Below are positions 1 through 7,317 of a stretch of 19,015 bases of DNA, piece after piece. The first letter of the stretch is position 1, and each line of letters opens with the position of its first letter. Source of the stretch: Oligoflexus sp. (GTDB lineage: Bacteria; Bdellovibrionota_B; Oligoflexia; Oligoflexales; Oligoflexaceae); contig JBGSTX010000144.1 of NCBI GenBank assembly GCA_041736305.1, positions 1 to 19,015 of the forward strand, read 5' to 3'. A program made the position numbers and the translations under genes. The notes under the pieces are model-generated. The model did not search any database and was not told the origin of the DNA. It worked only from the letters and a program-made list of their open reading frames with translations.

Positions 1-46
1 AGAGAAGACCCCATTTTTAAACCGATATATCCGAGGAGACAGGGCC

Positions 47-589
47 TTGATTAAGGTTAAGACGACAAGGTTCGGTGATATCGAGATCGACCAAAAAGAT
101 ATGATCACGCTCCCGGTGGGCATTATCGGTTTTCCGGAACTGAAGCAGTACGTTCTTCTAGATCATGACCAGGAATCGCCCTTTAAGTGGCTGCAGTCCC
201 TTGAAGATGGGTCGATTGCCTTTGTTATGATAAACCCACTGCTTTTCAAGCCAGACTATCTCGTTGAGGTAAACGAAGGCGAGGTTGCAGACCTTGAGAT
301 CGAAAGCGAAGAAGAAGCTGTAGTCTCGGTTATTATAACGATGCCAAGTGACCCCCAGAAGATGACGGCTAATCTCAAAGCGCCTGTTATCTTCAATCTG
401 AAGAACCGGAAAGGTCGTCAGGTCATACTCGCTAATTCAGAGTATACGACTCGACACAACATCATGGAAGAGATGAAAAAGCACAGGCAAACCACCCATC
501 AGCAGGCGGTCCAGGGACTTATTGAGCAAGCACGCGAGCAGCAAGTGGCCGAAAGCAATCTACTTGCCAAGGGCGATAAAAAGCCCTGA
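47..589 (+). CDS. fliW: Flagellar assembly factor FliW (CsrA antagonist)
   Basis: 180 aa with FliW motifs TTRFG, GIIGFP, PFKWLQS, FVMINP, TANLKAPVIFN and GRQVIL. TTG start with GAGGAG at 33-38. Confidence 0.93.
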   Translation: MIKVKTTRFGDIEIDQKDMITLPVGIIGFPELKQYVLLDHDQESPFKWLQSLEDGSIAFVMINPLLFKPDYLVEVNEGEVADLEIESEEEAVVSVIITMPSDPQKMTANLKAPVIFNLKNRKGRQVILANSEYTTRHNIMEEMKKHRQTTHQQAVQGLIEQAREQQVAESNLLAKGDKKP

Positions 590-600
590 GCAGCAGAACT

Positions 601-1491
601 CTAATGTTGTATTGCTCCAGACGACAAAGTGCCTCCCTCTTCTGCCTCCCAGGTGCAGTAGAGCCGCTGGATCTGCTTGAAAACTGCCTGCGGCCTCAGA
701 CTGTGTAAGCGATGCTTTTCTATAGTCTGAATCGGTACCAGTCCTCTTACACTCGAACTCAAGAAACCTTCGTCAAAGCGAGGTAATTCATCGGTCGCAA
801 TGGCGCGAACAGTCACCGGTATCTGGCTTCTTTCTAAAAGCTCGATGACTCTTGCACGAGTGATGCCTGGTAGTATGCCGGCGGTTAGAGGCGGTGTGGC
901 GATTTCTAGAAGATCACCGTCGCGGGCCATAAGGAATATGTTCGAAAATCCCGATTCAGTCACTTCGCCATCGTTATTAATCCAAAGAATATCGTCGAAA
1001 CCCTCTTTTTTACTCTCTAGCTGTGCGCTTACGGTGGGTAAATAAAAGGGGCTTTTCATCTGCTCACCTCGCCGCCCCAAAGGGTCTTTGCGTAATTTAA
1101 GTCGTACGCCATTTTCCATCAGATTTTCATCTCTCGTTGCAGCTGCGCAAAATATGTATCGCTGGGCTGACTCCGATCCTGTGAGCATCGGGTGGGAGCT
1201 TATGCCTCTACTGATTATGAGGCGGATGGAACTGCGACTAAAGCGAGTCAGGCTTAAAAGGTTTTCGATCTCAAACTGCAGAAAAGCGTCTGACCACGGG
1301 ATGTTTATATGGCATGCTTCGGCTGAGCGACGTAGTCGTTGGAGATGAGCATCGTAGTCGATCACTCTCGGGCCTAAGGCCGTCATTGTTTCAAGTAATC
1401 CGTCACCAAAAAGAAAGGCGCGATCAAAAGCAGGAATCTGTGCCGATTCAGCTTTGAAGATGTCTCCATTGATGGCGACTAAGTCAGTCAT
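601..1491 (-). CDS. Class IV PLP-dependent aminotransferase-family protein (PabC / D-amino-acid or branched-chain transaminase-like)
   Basis: Motifs DRAFLFGDGLLET, HLQRL, putative PLP lysine in MKSPFY, E...SNIF, ILPGITR and DEGFLSSS. Start moved from 1545 to the ATG at 1491 (MTDLVAINGD), which has AAGGA upstream. Substrate cannot be determined from sequence. Confidence 0.88.
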   Translation of the reverse strand: MTDLVAINGDIFKAESAQIPAFDRAFLFGDGLLETMTALGPRVIDYDAHLQRLRRSAEACHINIPWSDAFLQFEIENLLSLTRFSRSSIRLIISRGISSHPMLTGSESAQRYIFCAAATRDENLMENGVRLKLRKDPLGRRGEQMKSPFYLPTVSAQLESKKEGFDDILWINNDGEVTESGFSNIFLMARDGDLLEIATPPLTAGILPGITRARVIELLERSQIPVTVRAIATDELPRFDEGFLSSSVRGLVPIQTIEKHRLHSLRPQAVFKQIQRLYCTWEAEEGGTLSSGAIQH

Positions 1492-1709
1492 AATTATTCC
1501 TTGCGGTTTTTCTACGAGGGTGTTAGTGATGCCAAGCTCTATCACTTAATGACTGAGAAGTGGCGAAGATTGTGCCACTGGAAGCACCTAGGTGAAAGGG
1601 TTTGGGCATCAAACACGCCCCATCACCAGCAACCCCATCTCGCACCAGTTGAAACTTGAGTTCCAAAAGTTTCGCTTCGATCAAGCCTGTCAAGAGGAGT
1701 AGAAAAAGC

Positions 1710-3071
1710 ATGGAAGTCTTACCTTCCCAGGGTCGGAAAGTCCATATGATTTCATTAGGCTGTGCCCGCAACCGAGTGGATTCGGAAGTTATGCTCGGCT
1801 CGCTTCTCGAGGACGCGTGGTCAATTACCGACGAGCCCGATGACGCGGATGCTTTGATAATAAACACCTGTGGTTTCATCGAAGCAGCCAAGGAGGAAAG
1901 TGTCCAAACCATCCTCGATGCAGCCGAGCTGAAAAAGGCGAACCCCCAGCTCAAATTAGTCGTCGCAGGTTGCCTGACCCAGCGTTACAAAAAACAGCTC
2001 GTCAGTGGACTTCCCGAAGTGGATCTTTTCATCGGCACCGATGAGTTCTCTCAGATCGCTGATTTTTTGCAGAGCGATTTGCCCAAAGGTACCATCCGGG
2101 CAAAACGAACCCACTATCTTTATGACGGAACTCTGCCGAAAAAGAATACTCTGACGGCGTCGTCGGCTTACGTCAAGGTGGCTGAGGGCTGTCAGCATCA
2201 GTGCTCTTTTTGTATTATCCCGGCTATCAGAGGCAAGCTGCGCTCGAGACCTATTCCGAGTGTCGTGGCAGAAGTAGAGCGCCTGGCTGCCGAGGGCGTG
2301 AGAGAAATTAATTTGATCGCTCAGGACCTAGCTGCCTATGGTCGTGATTGGGGTTCTTCGGATCTCTTAGAGCTCCTGCGCGAGCTGGTGGGTGTCGATG
2401 GAATTGACTGGATTCGTCTTCTCTATGTCTATCCAGAAAATATCAGCGAAGAATTTATAGATTTCCTGGCCCAGCATCCCAAACTCGTTAAATATCTCGA
2501 TATTCCTGTGCAGCATGCTGATGACGAACTCTTGGGCCGGATGAACCGAGGAATTTCCAAGGCTGAGCTTCGGCAGATTCTGAGCCGGCTCCGCGAACGC
2601 ATCCCAGGTATTGCTATTCGAACCTCAGTGATGGTTGGTTTTCCAGGCGAAACAGAAGAGCAGTTTGAGGTTCTCAAAGATTTCGTTCTTGAACAGCGTT
2701 TCCAACACCTGGGCTGTTTCATCTATTCGCAAGAAGAAGGGACTGTCGCTGGTCGGATGAAGGGTCAAATCGATGAAGAGACCAAGCTTCGGCGGCAGCG
2801 CGAAATCATGGAGATTCAGAAAGATATTTCTCGCAGTTTCTTGCAAGGTTTTGTAGGTCAGGTTTTGCCGGTGCTAGTAAAAGGACTCTCTGAAGAGACA
2901 GATCTGCTCGGCGAGGGCCGATTAGCTCTGCAGGCTCCAGAAGTCGACGGTATTGTCTACATCAACGAAGGTAATTTCATAGCAGGTGAGATCCAGCAAG
3001 TCCGAATTACCGACGCTCACGATTACGATCTAGTTGGCCATATACTCGAGCCGGAAGAGGTCGCTCTGTGA
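1710..3071 (+). CDS. rimO: Ribosomal protein S12 methylthiotransferase RimO (radical SAM)
   Basis: UPF0004 domain (LGCARNRVDSE, NTCGFIEAAKEES, VAGCL), radical-SAM CxxxCxxC (CQHQCSFC), WIRLLYVYP, YLDIPVQH and C-terminal TRAM region with APEVDG. ATG at 1710 has GAGGAG at 1694-1699; the track's TTG at 1656 is less likely. Confidence 0.93.
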   Translation: MEVLPSQGRKVHMISLGCARNRVDSEVMLGSLLEDAWSITDEPDDADALIINTCGFIEAAKEESVQTILDAAELKKANPQLKLVVAGCLTQRYKKQLVSGLPEVDLFIGTDEFSQIADFLQSDLPKGTIRAKRTHYLYDGTLPKKNTLTASSAYVKVAEGCQHQCSFCIIPAIRGKLRSRPIPSVVAEVERLAAEGVREINLIAQDLAAYGRDWGSSDLLELLRELVGVDGIDWIRLLYVYPENISEEFIDFLAQHPKLVKYLDIPVQHADDELLGRMNRGISKAELRQILSRLRERIPGIAIRTSVMVGFPGETEEQFEVLKDFVLEQRFQHLGCFIYSQEEGTVAGRMKGQIDEETKLRRQREIMEIQKDISRSFLQGFVGQVLPVLVKGLSEETDLLGEGRLALQAPEVDGIVYINEGNFIAGEIQQVRITDAHDYDLVGHILEPEEVAL

Positions 3072-3463
3072 AAAAAGCTGCTTCAGAACCGGTTTATGTC
3101 TTTAGTGAAGAAGAGGTTATCTCACGAAGTCCTCTCGCAGCCGCGTTCTTAAACGAACGATCTCGTCTTAATGGCGTCGTTACCGAGGCCGATAACAGCC
3201 TCCTCAAGCGCATTTATAATGTCGACCATAACGCTTATCTCGAGGGCGCCTTATCAGCTCGAATGAAGGAATTGATGGGGTTAGTTGCTTCTGCAAGCTT
3301 GCGTTGTGACGATTGTATCAACTATCATGTGATCCAAAGTTATCGACTCGGCTGCACTCGAGCTGAACAGGAAGAGGCCCTGAACGTAGCAACTGTTGTC
3401 GGTGGGACGATTGTTATTCCTCATTTACGCCGAGCCTATGCTCTGCTTGCAGAGCTTTACTAG
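3068..3463 (+). CDS. Carboxymuconolactone decarboxylase / AhpD-like family protein with CxxC
   Basis: KELMGLVAS..LRCDDCINYH and VVGGTIVIPHLRRA fit the CMD/AhpD pattern. GTG start overlaps the rimO stop (GTGA, 3068-3071). Confidence 0.85.
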   Translation: MKKAASEPVYVFSEEEVISRSPLAAAFLNERSRLNGVVTEADNSLLKRIYNVDHNAYLEGALSARMKELMGLVASASLRCDDCINYHVIQSYRLGCTRAEQEEALNVATVVGGTIVIPHLRRAYALLAELY

Positions 3464-3879
3464 AAACGGGCGAGCGTCCACTGACTCTCTAGGGCCCGAA
3501 GCTTGTAAACGTTTGAGCGATCGAAGCTGGGGATAATGCGGAAGTCATTTGGAGTTGCAGAGTCGAGCGGCGTATAGGGGGCAGCCTCATCGTTGGAGCT
3601 GACGAAAGCGGGGGTGAAGACTACGTAGCTACCAAGTAGGCTTCCACCGATAAAACCCACGGATGCGCCTAACGCGATGAAGCGGAGATTGTCCTGCGGC
3701 TTTGCTGTAAAGCTCAGCAGCGCGGCTCCGAACGCTGCTCCAAAGGCGGTACCATATCCAGCGGTCACGAAGAGATCTTGAAATCTTTCTTCCGTACTTA
3801 CAATCTGTGCACGAGCAGGAAGAGAAGTAGCTCCCAACGCGAGCCCCAGTAGAACAGGGGCGAGCCTGAAGTTTCGCAT
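3460..3879 (-). CDS. Hypothetical secreted/envelope protein with two glycine-zipper helices and C-terminal Phe
   Basis: 139 aa. Signal-peptide-like N-terminus ending ARA, GxxxG runs (GTAFGAAFG, GASVGFIGGSLLG), C-terminus WTLARF. Stop overlaps the CMD gene stop (CTAG, 3460-3463). Confidence 0.75.
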   Translation of the reverse strand: MRNFRLAPVLLGLALGATSLPARAQIVSTEERFQDLFVTAGYGTAFGAAFGAALLSFTAKPQDNLRFIALGASVGFIGGSLLGSYVVFTPAFVSSNDEAAPYTPLDSATPNDFRIIPSFDRSNVYKLRALESQWTLARF

Positions 3880-3913
3880 ATGACTCTCGATGGATGTGGT
3901 TTAAACTTCGGTC

Positions 3914-4029
3914 GAAGCTGCTTCAAAAATGAGATCGAGCGATGTTGGGTAAAACCGCAATTTGCAGAGATAAATTGCGAATATTTGGTTAAATACGCAA
4001 CTCGGGAATCGTTTTTTTGAAGCAGCTTC
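3914..4029 (-). ncRNA. Candidate structured RNA / 5' leader: 116-nt rod-like hairpin
   Basis: Perfect 16-bp inverted repeat GAAGCTGCTTCAAAAA (3914-3929) / TTTTTGAAGCAGCTTC (4014-4029). Nested stems: 3936-3939/4001-4004, 3944-3951/3994-4001 (7 of 8) and 3956-3963/3972-3979 (8 of 8). The repeat is certain; an RNA-level function is inferred. Confidence 0.5.
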
Positions 4030-4036
4030 TAGCCTG

Positions 4037-4066
4037 ATTATAACACGGGAAAGCAGAAATTGCCTA
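4037..4066 (-). promoter_or_regulatory. Sigma70-type extended -10 promoter for the hairpin and glycine-zipper gene
   Basis: Minus strand reads TAGGCA (4066-4061), 18 nt, TATAAT (4042-4037), with TGn immediately before the -10. Predicted +1 at about 4030-4031. Confidence 0.65.
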
Positions 4067-4142
4067 CACGGTGGAGAGCTGTCTTCTGATGTGGACAAGG
4101 CTCAGGACCAACCGATCAGCTTTTTTGCTTTGCCTTTTCTAA

Positions 4143-4171
4143 TTGACTTCCCGGATTGATTGGAATATCCA
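4143..4171 (+). promoter_or_regulatory. Possible sigma70 promoter of rho
   Basis: TTGACT (4143-4148), 17 nt, TATCCA (4166-4171), with T-rich sequence upstream. The -10 match is weak. Confidence 0.35.
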
Positions 4172-4319
4172 AATAAATAAGGAAAGGGCATTTTATTAAA
4201 CTAATCTATAGACCCGCCGATTTCCGTCTTTTATCCTTCAACTACATTTTGAATTTTTAAGCGCACGGATATTTATCCATCCGCCCATACATACCCACCT
4301 TCATGAAGAGAGCTAACCT

Positions 4320-5744
4320 ATGACAGAAAAGGATAAAGCGGCGACAGCGACTGCTACCAAGACCAAAAAAGCCGCAGCTGCTAAAGTCGAGCGAGTCGAA
4401 ATCGAGACTTTAGCGCCCGAACCTCAACCCACCATTCAATCTTCTTCTGCCATTAGCCCCAGCAGCTCGGTCGGCAGCGCTCTCCTGCAGGGTGAAATCA
4501 ATCTCAAAGAACTCAAAGAGAGAAAGATTTCCGACCTCAACAAGCTGGCTCGTGAATTCGGTATCGAAGGCTCGAGCAGTATGCGGAAGCAGGATTTGAT
4601 CTTTGCCCTTTTGCAGGCTCAGTCAGAACGTGGTGGAGTCATTTACGGGGAAGGTGTACTCGAAACTTTACCTGATGGCTTTGGCTTCTTGAGAGCTCCT
4701 GATTACAATTATCTGCCGGGTCCAGACGACATTTACGTTTCCCCCTCGCAGATCCGTCGCTTCAATCTCAGAACCGGTGATACAGTGTCCGGGCAGATTC
4801 GCCCTCCAAAAGATAGCGAGCGCTATTTCGCACTTTTGAAAGTTGAATCAGTTAACGGTGCGCTACCAGATCCCGGTTTCGACAAGATACTTTTCGACAA
4901 CCTGACTCCGCTATACCCCATGGAAAAGTTTAAAATGGAAGTAGCGGCCGCCAATTACTCGACCCGTATCATCGATATCATGTGTCCGATTGGTAAAGGT
5001 CAGAGAGCTCTTATCGTAGCCCCTCCAAGGACTGGTAAGACTGTTTTGCTACAAAATATCGCTCATTCCATTGAGAAGAATCATCCCGAAGCGATACTCA
5101 TTGTCCTTCTAATCGACGAACGTCCTGAAGAAGTGACGGATATGGAGCGCTCGGTTAGAGGTGAAGTTATCTCTTCAACCTTTGACGAGCCTGCTCAGCG
5201 TCACGTTCAGGTTGCAGAAATGGTTATCGAGAAAGCCAAGCGGCTGGTTGAGCATAAGCACGATGTGGTGATTTTGCTCGATTCCATTACACGTCTGGCT
5301 CGAGCCTATAACTCTGTCGTACCCCCTTCCGGCAAAATCCTTTCGGGTGGTGTGGATTCAAACGCGTTGCACAAGCCAAAAAGATTTTTTGGCGCAGCGC
5401 GTAACATCGAAGATGGCGGATCGCTGACGATCATTGCGACAGCCCTAGTTGATACCGGTTCGCGGATGGACGAAGTTATCTTTGAAGAATTCAAAGGTAC
5501 CGGTAATATGGAACTCGTTCTGGACCGGAAGCTGTCTGAAAAGCGGGTCTTCCCGGCTATGGATATCAACAAGTCAGGAACCCGTAAGGAAGAGTTGCTC
5601 TTGCCCAAGGACGTTCTCAATCGCATGTGGATATTGCGCAAGCTTTTACAACCGCTCAACACGGTTGATGCGATGGAATTCTTGGTCAATAAAATGGAAA
5701 AAACTAATACTAACGCGGACTTCCTAGAGTCAATGAACGGCTGA
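4320..5744 (+). CDS. rho: Transcription termination factor Rho
   Basis: NLKELK N-terminal helix, [20 protein letters not shown], Walker [44 protein letters not shown]. Confidence 0.98.
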   Translation: MTEKDKAATATATKTKKAAAAKVERVEIETLAPEPQPTIQSSSAISPSSSVGSALLQGEINLKELKERKISDLNKLAREFGIEGSSSMRKQDLIFALLQAQSERGGVIYGEGVLETLPDGFGFLRAPDYNYLPGPDDIYVSPSQIRRFNLRTGDTVSGQIRPPKDSERYFALLKVESVNGALPDPGFDKILFDNLTPLYPMEKFKMEVAAANYSTRIIDIMCPIGKGQRALIVAPPRTGKTVLLQNIAHSIEKNHPEAILIVLLIDERPEEVTDMERSVRGEVISSTFDEPAQRHVQVAEMVIEKAKRLVEHKHDVVILLDSITRLARAYNSVVPPSGKILSGGVDSNALHKPKRFFGAARNIEDGGSLTIIATALVDTGSRMDEVIFEEFKGTGNMELVLDRKLSEKRVFPAMDINKSGTRKEELLLPKDVLNRMWILRKLLQPLNTVDAMEFLVNKMEKTNTNADFLESMNG

Positions 5745-5778
5745 TTTCAAGCTCGGTTTGGACTCGTATGCTCGACTA

Positions 5779-5841
5779 TCAGCTTGCTTTCGACAGCAGC
5801 TTCTGGTATGCGTCTCAGGCAAGCTGCTCGCGCTGAGCTGA
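5779..5841 (+). other. Imperfect hairpin in the rho-rpmE spacer
   Basis: TCAGCTT (5779-5785)/GAGCTGA (5835-5841), AGCAGCTT (5795-5802)/AAGCTGCT (5821-5828) and CTG/CAG. No strong U-tract directly after. Confidence 0.4.
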
Positions 5842-5912
5842 ATTTTGAACTGCCCGAGGGATGTAACGGTTGGCGCTATATCTAGGGACAGTCACTCTCT
5901 AAGGGATTTCTT

Positions 5913-6113
5913 ATGAAACCAGAAGGTCACCCCAATTATCGCGAAAGTAAGGTGCAGTGCGCCTGCGGTAGTACTTTTATGACACGATCAGTGAAGCCTG
6001 ACATCCATGTGGAAATTTGCAGCAGCTGCCACCCTTTCTTTACAGGCAAGCAGAAGCTGATGGATACCGCTGGTCGCATTGAGAAGTTCAAGAAGAAGTA
6101 CGCACGTACTTAG
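5913..6113 (+). CDS. rpmE: 50S ribosomal protein L31, zinc-binding (C+) type
   Basis: [24 protein letters not shown] and GRIEKF; all four Zn-ligand cysteines present. Confidence 0.97.
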   Translation: MKPEGHPNYRESKVQCACGSTFMTRSVKPDIHVEICSSCHPFFTGKQKLMDTAGRIEKFKKKYART

Positions 6114-6130
6114 TTTTCGTAACAAGATCA

Positions 6131-6176
6131 GAGCCCAATATTTCTCGTTGTCGGGAAATCTTGGGCTTCTTCATTT
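6131..6176 (+). terminator. Hairpin after rpmE (probable weak intrinsic terminator or processing stem)
   Basis: GAGCCCAA-T-ATTTCTCG, loop TTGT, CGGGAAAT-C-TTGGGCTT: 16 pairs including G-U, one mismatch, followed by CTTCATTT. Confidence 0.55.
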
Positions 6177-6237
6177 GTGCTGGTATTTTAGAAAGTGTCT
6201 TCTAGTTTTTTCCCTCGCTACCAACAGGTCTTAAGAT

Positions 6238-7317
6238 ATGTACGAAAAACTTGAATCGATAGAACTTCGGCTAGGTGAGATCGATGCAATTATGGGTCGT
6301 GAGGGTCTAAGTAGCCAAGAGTTTACAAGACTTTCGAAAGAGCGTTCAACCTATGCCGAAATCGTGGACGTGTACCGCGACTATAAGAAGTTAAAGGTTG
6401 ACCGTGATGCAGCTAAGACCATGCTGAACGAGGAAGCAGATGCGGAGTTGCGAGCTCTCGCTAAAGAAGAGCTCGATACCCTTGAAGAACAGCTCCTACA
6501 TACCGAAAAAAATCTCCAGATACTTACCCTACCCCGCGATCCGAACGACGAGCGAAACGTCATTCTTGAAGTGCGAGCAGGAACAGGTGGTGAAGAAGCA
6601 GCTCTCTTTACTGCGGACCTTCTGCGCATGTATAGTCGATTTGCCGAGAGGGCTGGCTGGAAAGTTGACTTGATGTCAGCTACAGATTCAGCCAATGGCG
6701 GCTATAAAGAAGCGATCGTCCTTATCAAGGGCGATAGAGTCTATAGTCGGCTAAAATTTGAAGCGGGAGTGCATCGCGTGCAAAGAGTCCCCGCAACTGA
6801 AGCTCAGGGGCGGATCCATACCAGTGCATGCACGGTAGCAGTTCTGCCTGAAGCAGATGAGCTCGATGAAGTGGCTTTAGATAGCCGAGATCTTGAGATC
6901 ACAGTATGCCGTTCCTCTGGTGCCGGAGGTCAGCACGTAAATACCACTGACTCCGCTGTGCGCATAGTGCACAAGCCAAGCGGTCTAGCGGTTGAATGTC
7001 AAGACGAGCGTTCACAGATTAAAAACAGGGAAAAAGCGCTCAAGATCTTGCGAAGCAGGCTCTTTGAAAAAGCCCAAAGAGAGCAGCAAGAGGCCATTAG
7101 CGCGGACCGCAAAAACCAAGTTGGATCCGGAGATCGAAGCGAACGTATCAGGACCTATAACTTTCCGCAAAGTCGAGTCACCGACCACAGGATAAATCTG
7201 ACTTTATATAAATTGAGTGAAGTCATCGAAGGTGATATCGGTGAGATTCTCGATGCTCTGGCCTCTTATCATCAGATCGAACTTCTTAAATCAGAACTCG
7301 ACCGCGGGGTATCATGA
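6238..7317 (+). CDS. prfA: Peptide chain release factor 1
   Basis: GTGGEEAALF, RF1-type PxT motif in VQRVPATE, GAGGQHVN, RSERIRTYNFPQ. Confidence 0.98.
   Translation: MYEKLESIELRLGEIDAIMGREGLSSQEFTRLSKERSTYAEIVDVYRDYKKLKVDRDAAKTMLNEEADAELRALAKEELDTLEEQLLHTEKNLQILTLPRDPNDERNVILEVRAGTGGEEAALFTADLLRMYSRFAERAGWKVDLMSATDSANGGYKEAIVLIKGDRVYSRLKFEAGVHRVQRVPATEAQGRIHTSACTVAVLPEADELDEVALDSRDLEITVCRSSGAGGQHVNTTDSAVRIVHKPSGLAVECQDERSQIKNREKALKILRSRLFEKAQREQQEAISADRKNQVGSGDRSERIRTYNFPQSRVTDHRINLTLYKLSEVIEGDIGEILDALASYHQIELLKSELDRGVS

Noticed and set aside
1..30. Sigma28-like -10 (ACCGATAT, 21-28) upstream of fliW
   Set aside because: No TAAA -35 at the expected spacing within the window; context is truncated.
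1590..1650. Fluoride-riboswitch-like GGTGATGGGG on the minus strand
   Set aside because: The downstream conserved elements and pseudoknot partner are not evident, and the adjacent genes are not fluoride-related.
1523..1954. 143-aa minus-strand ORF overlapping the rimO 5' end
   Set aside because: Antisense shadow of rimO; Ser-rich with no family motif.
3914..4029. Identification of the hairpin as 6S RNA or SRP RNA
   Set aside because: Too short and lacking the large central bubble of 6S RNA; lacks the SRP helix-8 GNRA tetraloop and conserved internal-loop arrangement.
3901..4098. 65-aa minus-strand ORF in the rho upstream region
   Set aside because: It spans the predicted promoter and hairpin, has no recognisable motif or clear SD, and its repeated EAAS is just the inverted repeat.
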